Assembly: GCA_965240465.1 (NCBI GenBank)
Contig: OZ251219.1
Location: 576,001 to 640,000 of the forward strand
From: a bacterium
Lineage (GTDB): Bacteria; SAR324; JACQKK01
Direction of reading: 5' to 3'
DNA length: 64,000 bases
The position numbers and the translations under genes are program-made. Shown here one piece after another: positions 1-8,666 of this stretch. Numbering within the stretch: position 1 is the first letter of the stretch; each line of letters begins with the position of its first letter. The notes beneath the pieces are model-generated. The model saw only the letters and a list, made by a program, of their open reading frames with translations, searched no databases and was not told the origin of the DNA.

Positions 1-246
1 TAAAATTAAGCCCTAGATTCTCTACCATTAGGCAACTATGTTACAAAATCCAGCTATAAATTCTTATAGCATAAATCTCTTAAAGTCCTTTTCCCTATAA
101 AGCCTTAGAGAGTCTAATACCTCCAGACCAAAACCGCCCTACCAGGGAAACACCCTAACGCAGAGAATCACTGAAGCGAAAAGCACCTGTGGCACAGGAT
201 ATCCTGCACCCACTAGCACTCTATGGTTGCGAGTGGTAAAAGTCAA

Positions 247-990
247 CTACTTTTTGTAAAAATATACATAATCACGTTGTTTAGCCAATTCATGACAACT
301 GCGACAAGTATCAATATCACTATCTACATCCCTAGCTTGAACCTTTCCCAATGGCTTATTCAACACGATAAACTCCCAGCCGCCCGGTCTAAATTCTCCT
401 CCTTTGGCATGCTTTTGCATCATAAAGGTAGGCCCCTGAACCTTATTGCCCCGACGCTTGATGGTAGCAAAAGTCTCCAAAAGAACCACACTAGCCAAAG
501 GATAATCCTTCGTTCCAAGATATCCCACCTCATAAAGATCTCTGTTACTCTGATAAACCACTGCTGCTGCCTCAGGAGTTACAAAAACACGACCCACCAG
601 CTTTCCATGGGCAAAAGTATCGAAAAAACCAGTCACCTGACTCCAACCACGATACCGTCGCCACTCTATCTCTGGCAATAGCTTAACCTCAACGGGGTCC
701 CTATCTTCACCTGCAAGAAAAGCTGGGACGACTACCTTCGGCTCTGCTCCCTGATTGTCGCTACTTTCAGATTTACTCCCTGAATCCAGCTGAGATTTAC
801 TCCCTGAATCCAGCTGAGGATTACTGGCAGCACAGCTAGCCAGTAGCACGCAAAAAACTACCCCCAACCCCCAACCCCCAAAAAAATACGGCTGGCTATT
901 TTCAGCTGTACTGCCCATTGCATTATTTGTTGCATTGTTCATTGCATTATTTGTTGCATTGTTCATTGCATTATTTGTTGCATTGTTCAT
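247..990 (-). CDS. Cytochrome P460 / cytochrome c'-beta family lipoprotein
   Basis: C-terminal CxxCH (CRSCH) followed by DYVY, GGWEF motif, lipobox LASC; N-terminal NNATNNAM repeat makes the start uncertain. Confidence 0.7.
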   Translation of the reverse strand: MNNATNNAMNNATNNAMNNATNNAMGSTAENSQPYFFGGWGLGVVFCVLLASCAASNPQLDSGSKSQLDSGSKSESSDNQGAEPKVVVPAFLAGEDRDPVEVKLLPEIEWRRYRGWSQVTGFFDTFAHGKLVGRVFVTPEAAAVVYQSNRDLYEVGYLGTKDYPLASVVLLETFATIKRRGNKVQGPTFMMQKHAKGGEFRPGGWEFIVLNKPLGKVQARDVDSDIDTCRSCHELAKQRDYVYFYKK

Positions 991-1009
991 TGCATTATTT
1001 GTTGCATTG
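916..1009. repeat. 24-bp tandem repeat (~4 copies, ATTGCATTATTTGTTGCATTGTTC)
   Basis: Read directly; encodes NNATNNAM on the minus strand. Confidence 0.9.
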
Positions 1010-1145
1010 CCCGTTTATAACGCCAACTGGCATAGCTACTGACTCTTAAAGTACCCGAATAGGTTCCAGTACCAAATGCCCTTTATAAAGATTACAACTT
1101 CTAAAAAAATATGCCAAATATATTAAATAATACCCCGTTCACCTA

Positions 1146-2159
1146 CTATAATTGCAGGGTCTGACGATATTTTTTTCCCAAATAGCCCTCGCCAATGAGT
1201 TCCACTGGTCCCTGCTGGCGTAATTGATATTCTGGCGATACCTCAACCCGCAAGTAGCCTCCGGGCATTTGAACCTTTAGAGGAGTGTCGGCATAACCCT
1301 GTTTTACCGCGGCCGCGGCCGCGGCACAAGCACTACTGCCCGATGCCAGTGTGTATCCTGCTCCGCGTTCCCAGATTTCCAAACGGAGCTGATGAGCATC
1401 CAGGACCTGAGTAAATTGCACGTTGGTACGCTGAGGAAAGCAAGCATGATTTTCCAATTGAGGTCCCAAACGAAGTGCTAATTGAGGACTAACACGCGGA
1501 CAAAAGACCACACAATGTGGATTTCCCAAGCCGACTGCCACCACTTCCGCCCTTTCTTCTTTTAGCTGGAGGCAATGTACTCCTCCATCGTAAGACATGG
1601 CCTTATCGGAACGGATCGGGATAAGCCGCGGTTCAAATACTGCTTGCCCCATGCTGACAACCACCTCCGTGCCTGCTGAGTTCAGCAGTTCCACCTCTAG
1701 CAGCTCGGTTGCGGTCTTAATGGCAAAGCGACGCTTCTTTATCAAGCTCCGTCGCCACAGATGACATGCGAATATTCGCAGACCATTACCACTTTTTTCC
1801 GCTTTACTGCCATCAGGATTATAAATTCTCACCTCAGGAACTTGTCCTTCTTGCTCTCTCTGCCCTCCTTCCTGTCCTTCTCGCTCTCCTTGCCCTTCCT
1901 GCTCTCCTTGCCCTTCCTGCTCTCCTTGCCCTTCCTGCTCTCCTTGCCCTTCCTGCTCTCCTTGTCCTTCTCGCTCTCCTTGTCCTTCTCGCTCTCCTTG
2001 CCCTTCCCCCCAGTGAGGACCAAATAAAATTCCGTCCGCACCTACTCCCTTACTGCGATGGCACAAAGCAATTACCTGACTAGCACTGAGGGACTTAAAG
2101 CGAGCGGGTTCCAGCACCAAATAATCATTGCCTAGTCCGTGATATTTATAAAAATCCAT
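1146..2159 (-). CDS. dapF: Diaminopimelate epimerase (Ser/Ser variant with repeat insertion)
   Basis: FYKYHGLGNDY, GVGADG, YNPDGS-AEKSGNG, GNPHCV, RTNVQF, WERGAGYTLASGS. Confidence 0.9.
   Translation of the reverse strand: MDFYKYHGLGNDYLVLEPARFKSLSASQVIALCHRSKGVGADGILFGPHWGEGQGEREGQGEREGQGEQEGQGEQEGQGEQEGQGEQEGQGEREGQEGGQREQEGQVPEVRIYNPDGSKAEKSGNGLRIFACHLWRRSLIKKRRFAIKTATELLEVELLNSAGTEVVVSMGQAVFEPRLIPIRSDKAMSYDGGVHCLQLKEERAEVVAVGLGNPHCVVFCPRVSPQLALRLGPQLENHACFPQRTNVQFTQVLDAHQLRLEIWERGAGYTLASGSSACAAAAAAVKQGYADTPLKVQMPGGYLRVEVSPEYQLRQQGPVELIGEGYLGKKYRQTLQL
1842..2006. repeat. 18-bp in-frame tandem repeat (GQGEQE/GQGERE, ~8-9 units) inside dapF
   Basis: Read directly: CTCTCCTTGCCCTTCCTG-type units. 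Confidence 0.9.
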
Positions 2160-2170
2160 TTACCTTCATC

Positions 2171-3319
2171 CTATTTCTGCCGACGGCACCACTCCGCTTG
2201 CTTGGCACGCCTAAGCCTTGACGAATCAGCTGGACGTACATAATGGGCTTTTAACCAATATTTACCCCCTTTTGCGTGTAGCCAGCCATCTACTCGCACT
2301 TTTTCTCCGACCCGTACTTTCTCCACATGGGGTCCTCGCCGCAGTGCCAGCAGAGAAAATCTAACCTCTAGTGGATCTCTATTTGCCCCTAGTATCATCT
2401 TCCAGTACAACCAACCTCCCTGCCAACGACGAAAACTCTCCTGCACCACTCCTTCCAATTCTACAAACTTACCTATCGCCAGCTGTCGCTCCCTATCCCA
2501 TTCTTTCAAGCTGATAAGACCTCGGTAGGCTGGATTTTCTTTGGAATGCACAGTTCTCCCATTCCGCTCATTCCGCTCATTCCGCCCATTCCGCTCATTC
2601 TGCCCATTCTTGTCATCTCGCAATCTTTCCAAATAATACTGCCGAGAAACCTTTTTCTTCCAGATTCCCACTCCGTCTTCAAAAGCTTGAGATTCTGCCT
2701 CCAAAAAATCATCATAACGGCTGGGAACTTGGTAACGAGTGTTCAACACCGACCAGCCCTGGCGTACTAAATCCAAATTGAGGTTATTTTTTCCCAAGCA
2801 GATTTGTCCTAGCAGGCGACCATATTTTCCTCTTCTTATGCCCTGTGGTAACCAGATCTCCACCTTAGTTGGAGGCGGATAACGCCGCTGCCAATCCTGA
2901 AAACTCTGCCTGAGAAAATCTTCCGCCCGTTCTGCATCAGCACGATTCCAATCCTTCTTACTATTCAACTCGGGAGTATCCACATATACCAAACGCAATT
3001 TCTCTTCTGGTATCGTTATGCTTCCGTCGCCATCAAAATCAGCCTTCCAAGTGTCCCCGTCTACCACTTCAGATAAGCTAAACTTCTTCTCCAACCACAA
3101 ACCCTGAGTATGAACACACCCAGCTTGAAAAAAAATCCCCCCCAACCCCCCCAGCCCCCCCAGCCCCAACCACAGCCCCAGCACCGAAAATTTCGCTCCC
3201 ATTGTTCTCACCCCTCCCGCTACTTGATAATCCTTGCGTCTTCGGGGCTGCTCGGGCATCTTAATAGGAAGCCGACTTTGCTTTAAAAATCTTATTATCA
3301 TCAGCACCTTCATCAGCAT
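2171..3319 (-). CDS. Thermonuclease (SNase) family protein, probable lipoprotein with C-terminal OB-like domain
   Basis: VVDGDT, RLVYVDTPE, KYGRLLG, NLDLVRQGW, AE..A...GIW; true start probably near 3202 (MGAKF...FQAGC). Confidence 0.8.
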   Translation of the reverse strand: MLMKVLMIIRFLKQSRLPIKMPEQPRRRKDYQVAGGVRTMGAKFSVLGLWLGLGGLGGLGGIFFQAGCVHTQGLWLEKKFSLSEVVDGDTWKADFDGDGSITIPEEKLRLVYVDTPELNSKKDWNRADAERAEDFLRQSFQDWQRRYPPPTKVEIWLPQGIRRGKYGRLLGQICLGKNNLNLDLVRQGWSVLNTRYQVPSRYDDFLEAESQAFEDGVGIWKKKVSRQYYLERLRDDKNGQNERNGRNERNERNGRTVHSKENPAYRGLISLKEWDRERQLAIGKFVELEGVVQESFRRWQGGWLYWKMILGANRDPLEVRFSLLALRRGPHVEKVRVGEKVRVDGWLHAKGGKYWLKAHYVRPADSSRLRRAKQAEWCRRQK

Positions 3320-3378
3320 CTTTTTTAACGCCTACTTTATTAACACTTAGGGTACTTTATCACCAACCACATGGCATT

Positions 3379-4347
3379 ATGAGCGTATTTGAGCCTGCCC
3401 TATTCGGCAAATTAAAGATCCGAAATCGGATCGTATATTCACCCTACATTGAGAATCAAGCTACCAAGAATGGTTATCTTACCCCCGCGATAGAGGGATT
3501 TTATCTTGATCTAGCTCAACAAGGAGTAGGGCTAGTGCTGATAGAATCTGCTTTTGTAGCTGCCCAAGGACGTACTCATCATAATCAGCTGGGGATTGCC
3601 AATGAAGCTCAAATTGAGCAGCTAGCCCACCTGACCAAAGCCATCAAGGCTGAAGGGGCTTGTGTTGGACTGAGGCTCATGCACGCTGGTTCTCGCACTT
3701 CGGCTATTATTTGTGGCGAACAGCCCTTGAGTCCCTCCCCCATGAAATGGGGGAAAAACTATGACCAAAGCCGAGCATTTGATTCTGGAGACATTGAAGA
3801 AATAAAGTTATCATTTGTTCATGCCGCTGAAAGAGCTGAAGAAGCTGGAATTGAGCTGATAGAAATAAATGGAGGACAACAATTTCTGCTAGATCAATGC
3901 TTTTCTAAGCGTCTTAATAAACGCAAAGATGATTATGGAGGTGCTATTCCAGCTCGCATGCGGTTGAGCTTGGAAATCATTGCTGCCATCCGTGAGCGTA
4001 TTTCACCTGCCATCCCCCTTTCTTTTTTCTTCTCCAGCCAAGAAAGAATAGAAGCTGGCATGAACGAAAAAGAACTCGCCCAATTTATCAAATTACTTAC
4101 CGAATCCCCACTGGATATGATCCACCCTGCCAACTTGCACATGACCAGCAAGCCCTTTCAAACCGAAGAAACCTTGGTTAACTGGACTGGAAATCTCTCT
4201 AAGAAACCTCTCATCGTGGAAGGCAATATAAGATCGCCACAAATGATTGATGACCTGCTCGCCATTCCCAAAGTATCCCTGCTATGTCTGGATAAAACGC
4301 TTTATACCCGACCTAATTGGTATCAATTCCTGCAAGATAGGATCTAA
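3379..4347 (+). CDS. NADH:flavin oxidoreductase / Old Yellow Enzyme family (divergent active site)
   Basis: IRNRIVYSP, LMHAG, FVHAAERAEEAG, NKRKDDYGG..R motifs. Confidence 0.8.
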   Translation: MSVFEPALFGKLKIRNRIVYSPYIENQATKNGYLTPAIEGFYLDLAQQGVGLVLIESAFVAAQGRTHHNQLGIANEAQIEQLAHLTKAIKAEGACVGLRLMHAGSRTSAIICGEQPLSPSPMKWGKNYDQSRAFDSGDIEEIKLSFVHAAERAEEAGIELIEINGGQQFLLDQCFSKRLNKRKDDYGGAIPARMRLSLEIIAAIRERISPAIPLSFFFSSQERIEAGMNEKELAQFIKLLTESPLDMIHPANLHMTSKPFQTEETLVNWTGNLSKKPLIVEGNIRSPQMIDDLLAIPKVSLLCLDKTLYTRPNWYQFLQDRI

Positions 4348-4379
4348 GCCCTCCCCTCCCCCGCTGGTTACTCAGAACG

Positions 4380-4985
4380 CTATAAGAGAGATCCTTGCTG
4401 GAGGTCTGGTGTTTTTTCCTCAGGCAAGCTCCAACTAAGAGCTACTGATTTGATCTCTCCCCTGCTCTCATAGGACAATTTTTGGTGCTGGAGGGCATAT
4501 TGGTGGACACGGCGAGTAATTTCCACATCTTTGATGCAATAATCCATCAATTCTTTCAGTTTTCCTTCCTTGTACCATTGCAGTGCTTGCAGTCCCGAAG
4601 AACTTTTACTCTCTTGCAAGGTAGCCCGAGCTAACGCATCCAGCCCGACGCGATGCCCCAATAATTTTTGCAACTCCACCATTATATCAAAATTATTGAG
4701 CGAACATAGCTCCCCATAAAGCTGCTCACGAGCACCCTTTTCAACCTCACTGCCTGCCAGCACCATTAAATCAAAGCGGATGTGATTAAATCCCACCACC
4801 AACTCACCCTGCCTAAGATGCCCTATTAACTTCATTACCTCATCCTCTGCATATTGCTCATATCGCTGAGTTTGGCTATCATAGACCACCCCGCAGGACA
4901 TTCCCATATCCACGATGTTCTCCCAACCGCCCACTTCATCGGCTGATAACTTCGTTTCTAAATCAAAATATAGTACTCGCAACAT
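4380..4985 (-). CDS. RNase H-like (YprB/RNase_H_2) DEDD 3'-5' exonuclease domain protein
   Basis: YFDLET, VGFN..RFD, YCIKDV acidic motifs. Confidence 0.75.
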   Translation of the reverse strand: MLRVLYFDLETKLSADEVGGWENIVDMGMSCGVVYDSQTQRYEQYAEDEVMKLIGHLRQGELVVGFNHIRFDLMVLAGSEVEKGAREQLYGELCSLNNFDIMVELQKLLGHRVGLDALARATLQESKSSSGLQALQWYKEGKLKELMDYCIKDVEITRRVHQYALQHQKLSYESRGEIKSVALSWSLPEEKTPDLQQGSLL

Positions 4986-5181
4986 CCTTTTCGCTCCCTA
5001 CAACTGATACTAGCAATTCTGCTACTATCAAGCAACTCGTTATAGCATATCAGCAAAGATATCGCCATCTATCCCTCATCTTAGGCATAAGATTTGCTTT
5101 AAGGCGGGTAGGCGAAGAAGGCAAAGAAGGCAAATAATCACCCAATCCCCCCACCCCCCACCCCCCACGGAGTTCTCAGCT

Positions 5182-5913
5182 ATGTTCACCTCCCCATCAC
5201 CAAAGAACCCTCCCCGTAGCCCGTATTTATCCTTATCCGCCAGACTAATTGCCAGTACCCTCATCATCGCTGGGCTGTCTGGTTGTGGCTGGACTCGCTC
5301 TGCTTATGAAGCCCGTCAGCTAAAGCAACTCGGTCCCGAGCGTAAAGATTGGGGCTCACCCACTACCAATAGCTCGCTGAATACCCCAAAAAAACCAGAA
5401 CTTAGCCCCTCCAGTAAAAATCCCGACCTAACAAAAAACCTCGCTCCCACACAAACTCAAGACATTCCAAACCTCCTCATTGAACTCAATCCCCCTGCCA
5501 AACCTCGCCAACTGCAGTCTATCGCCGTTGCCAAACCCAGCTATCAAGCGGCTTATCAAAAATTCTCTCAGCAGGAATATCAACAAGCCATCACCGATTT
5601 TCAGGTCTTTCTCCTCCGCTACCCCAATGACGTCCACAGCGATAACGCCCAGTTCTGGATCGGTGAAAGTCATTTCCGCCTCGGAGATCCAGACTCTGCC
5701 TCCAAAGCCTATCGCCAAGTACTAACCAACTACGAGCATCGCCCTAGCAGAGACGGGTATAAAACCCCTGAGGCCATGTACCGACTGGGTGAGATTGCCT
5801 TCCAGCAACAAAAAACCCAGCAAGCTACCCAATACCTCAAATACCTCCAGCAGAATTTTCCCCAGAGCCCGTCTGCTAAAAAGGCAACCCGTCTCCTACA
5901 ACAGAATTCCTAG
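5182..5913 (+). CDS. cpoB: Tol-Pal associated TPR lipoprotein (CpoB/YbgF-like)
   Basis: Lipobox LSGC; F...YPND...DNAQFWIGES and K.PEAMYRLG TPR motifs. Confidence 0.7.
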   Translation: MFTSPSPKNPPRSPYLSLSARLIASTLIIAGLSGCGWTRSAYEARQLKQLGPERKDWGSPTTNSSLNTPKKPELSPSSKNPDLTKNLAPTQTQDIPNLLIELNPPAKPRQLQSIAVAKPSYQAAYQKFSQQEYQQAITDFQVFLLRYPNDVHSDNAQFWIGESHFRLGDPDSASKAYRQVLTNYEHRPSRDGYKTPEAMYRLGEIAFQQQKTQQATQYLKYLQQNFPQSPSAKKATRLLQQNS

Positions 5914-5942
5914 CGATCAGAGATAGTAGGAAAATAGGAAAA

Positions 5943-7244
5943 TTAAACATCTGTATCAGGTGGAGGATAAACCTCTAATAAAAAATGCTTCTTTTTCCCT
6001 ACCCGAAGCATGATCTTCCCGTTCTGTAGGTCTTCGGTGGATAAAATTCGGGCTGGATCCTTGATTATCTTTCCGTTCACCCGTACTCCTCCCTGTTCCA
6101 CTAGGCGTCTGGCTTGACTATGGGAAGCAGCTAACCCCTTATCTTTCAAGATACTCAGCAGACCCAATCCATTTTGCAGCTTTTGTTTAAGAATGATGTC
6201 GTGGGGAACTCCGACCTTAATAGGCTTTTCAAGCAGTTTCTCTGACTGGTCCTCGGGGTTTTCCGAGTTGGAATCCTCTGGAAAGTGAAAAAGGGTGCGG
6301 GCTCCTTTTTCGGCTTTGAGGGCTTCTGTTTCACCGTGAGCAATTATGGTAGCTTCCAGTGCCAAGGTTGATTTTGCTTGGCGAATATCCTTACCTTGCA
6401 ATTTCTCCAGCTGGGCGATTTCTTCTAAGGGCAGAGTGGTAAGATTTTTAAGAGCCTTAATTACATCCTCATCGGGAAGGCTGATCCAATATTGATGGTA
6501 TTCATAAGGAGAGGTTTTCTGGGGATTAAGCCAAATGGCTCCCTTTTCGGTTTTACCCATTTTGCGTCCCTGCGAGGTAATTAACAAGGGCAAGGTCCAA
6601 CCAAAGGCTGATTTTTTGTGCTTTCTGCGTATTAAATCCACCCCGCTGAGGATATTAGTCCACTGGTCGCTGCCCCCGATCTGTATTTGGCACTTGTAAT
6701 TATCATAGAGATATAGGAAATCATAAGCCTGTAGCAGAGGATAACTGAATTCCAGAAATGAAATTCCATTACCTTCTATGCGATCCTTGATGGATTCAAA
6801 TCCCAACATGCGATTGACAGAGAAATATTGTCCTATATCGCGCAAGAAATCAATAAGGCTAAGCTTGGAAAGCCAAGCGGCATTATTGAGAATAATGGGG
6901 GACTTTAGACCATATTCCCTCGGCAATAATTGCTTCAGCTGTTGACGCAAACCTTTCTCATTTTGTGCCAGTGTTTCTGCATCCAGCATTTTACGCTGGG
7001 AGCTTTTACCGCTGGGATCTCCCACCACCGCAGTGCCTCCTCCAAGCACAACAATCGCCTGATCCCCCGCCAGCTGTAGCTGACGCAGAGCCATCAATGG
7101 ACCCAAATGTCCCACATGAAGTGAATCCGCAGTGGGATCAAAGCCGATATAAGCCACTGGTGTTGTTTGTCGGGATAAAGCTGTTTCATCTGTGCATTGC
7201 TGAAACATTCCCCTGGATTTCAGTATTTCCCATATGTTCATCAA
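5943..7244 (-). CDS. tyrS: Tyrosine--tRNA ligase
   Basis: YIGFDPTADSLHVGH, QIGGSDQW, KMGKT, C-terminal S4 domain. Confidence 0.97.
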   Translation of the reverse strand: MMNIWEILKSRGMFQQCTDETALSRQTTPVAYIGFDPTADSLHVGHLGPLMALRQLQLAGDQAIVVLGGGTAVVGDPSGKSSQRKMLDAETLAQNEKGLRQQLKQLLPREYGLKSPIILNNAAWLSKLSLIDFLRDIGQYFSVNRMLGFESIKDRIEGNGISFLEFSYPLLQAYDFLYLYDNYKCQIQIGGSDQWTNILSGVDLIRRKHKKSAFGWTLPLLITSQGRKMGKTEKGAIWLNPQKTSPYEYHQYWISLPDEDVIKALKNLTTLPLEEIAQLEKLQGKDIRQAKSTLALEATIIAHGETEALKAEKGARTLFHFPEDSNSENPEDQSEKLLEKPIKVGVPHDIILKQKLQNGLGLLSILKDKGLAASHSQARRLVEQGGVRVNGKIIKDPARILSTEDLQNGKIMLRVGKKKHFLLEVYPPPDTDV

Positions 7245-7522
7245 TGATATTCCTTTATTTCCCTTATTTATGGTAGTAGAAGTGTTCTGGAAATCACCTA
7301 AACATGATTTTTCTAGCTATAAAGATAAGAAATTACTTGCCATCTGTTTCTTTTTTTGACACAATCCCAGCGAGTTTGCTATCATAGCTGATGAAATTTA
7401 GTTAGCGGAATAATTATTTGGAATTTTATTTGGATTTAATTTGGGATTTAGTTAGTGAGACTTAGTTAGCGGAATTTTTAGCGAAGCTTAGTCAATTTAT
7501 CAATAAAGAAGAGAAAGTCATT

Positions 7523-7735
7523 ATGCCTATTAAAGTGCCCGTTCATACCATTCCTGCTCATCCCATTGAGTTCAAGCGTACTCAGTATTCAGATGCCCTG
7601 GAGAGCATGTTTCAAGAAGCCATTCGGGTGCATCAGAATTTTTGTACTTATAATCGTTGGCGTACTACTGATTATATCGGCTGTTTTTCTGAGCTCTCCG
7701 ATGGATTCTTAAAATATCTTTCTCCCACCTCTTAA
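7523..7735 (+). CDS. Small hypothetical protein (70 aa), possibly truncated
   Basis: ATG with purine-rich RBS; stop coincides with the start of the 24-bp array; no recognised family. Confidence 0.3.
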   Translation: MPIKVPVHTIPAHPIEFKRTQYSDALESMFQEAIRVHQNFCTYNRWRTTDYIGCFSELSDGFLKYLSPTS

Positions 7736-8537
7736 AGGGTGCGAGGGGGCGAGGGATATAATTGCAAAGGGTGCGAGGGGATGTAATTGCGAGGGGGCGA
7801 GGGATATAATTGCAAAGGGTGCGAGGGGATGTAATTGCGAGGGGGCGAGGGATATAATTGCAAAGGGTGCGAGGGGATGTAATTGCGAGGGGGCGAGGGA
7901 TATAATTGCAAAGGGTGCGAGGGATATAATTGCAAAGGGTGCGAGGGGATGTAATTGCGAGGGGGCGAGGGATATAATTGCAAAGGGTGCGAGGGGATGT
8001 AATTGCGAGGGGGCGAGGGATATAATTGCAAAGGGTGCGAGGGGATGTAATTGCGAGGGGGCGAGGGATATAATTGCAAAGGGTGCGAGGGGATGTAATT
8101 GCGAGGGTGCGAGGGATATAATTGCAAAGGGTGCGAGGGGATGTAATTGCGAGGGTGCGAGGGATATAATTGCAAAGGGTGCGAGGGGATGTAATTGCGA
8201 GGGTGCGAGGGATATAATTGCAAAGGGTGCGAGGGGATGTAATTGCGAGGGTGCGAGGGATATAATTGCAAAGGGTGCGAGGGATATAATTGCAAAGGGT
8301 GCGAGGGATATAATTGCAAAGGGTGCGAGGGATATAATTGCAAAGGGTGCGAGGGATATAATTGCAAAGGGTGCGAGGGATGTAATTGCGAGGGTGCGAG
8401 GGATATAATTGCAAAGGGTGCGAGGGATGTAATTGCGAGGGTGCGAGGGATATAATTGCAAAGGGTGCGAGGGATGTAATTGCGAGGGGGCGAGGGATAT
8501 AATTGCAAAGGGTGCGTGGGGGATATAATTGCAAAGG
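7735..8537. repeat. ~800-bp intergenic array of ~33 units of 24 bp in two variants
   Basis: 20 A units (GCGAGGGATATAATTGCAAAGGGT) and 13 B units (GCGAGGGGATGTAATTGCGAGGGG/T; the last three are 23 bp), counted by eye. Confidence 0.95.
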
Positions 8538-8666
8538 ATGGGCGGTGGCAGGCTGGTTACGTCCTATTCCTCTACCAAGATTTTTGGGGGTGGTTGATGG
8601 ATTTGGGGGTGTTGGGGGTGTTGGGGGTGGCTGATGGGTTTCTGGGGTTATCAGATCATTGCCGAG

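Noticed and set aside
223-681. Antisense or overlapping ORFs from the six-frame track (this one and many similar)
   Set aside because: They lie opposite or within well-supported genes and have no recognisable motifs
7665-8534. Three long minus-strand ORFs (250-289 aa) and short plus-strand ORFs
   Set aside because: Products of a stop-free 24-bp repeat, open in several frames; no coding evidence
7735-8537. Possible CRISPR array
   Set aside because: Units are contiguous with no unique spacers, and there are no cas genes
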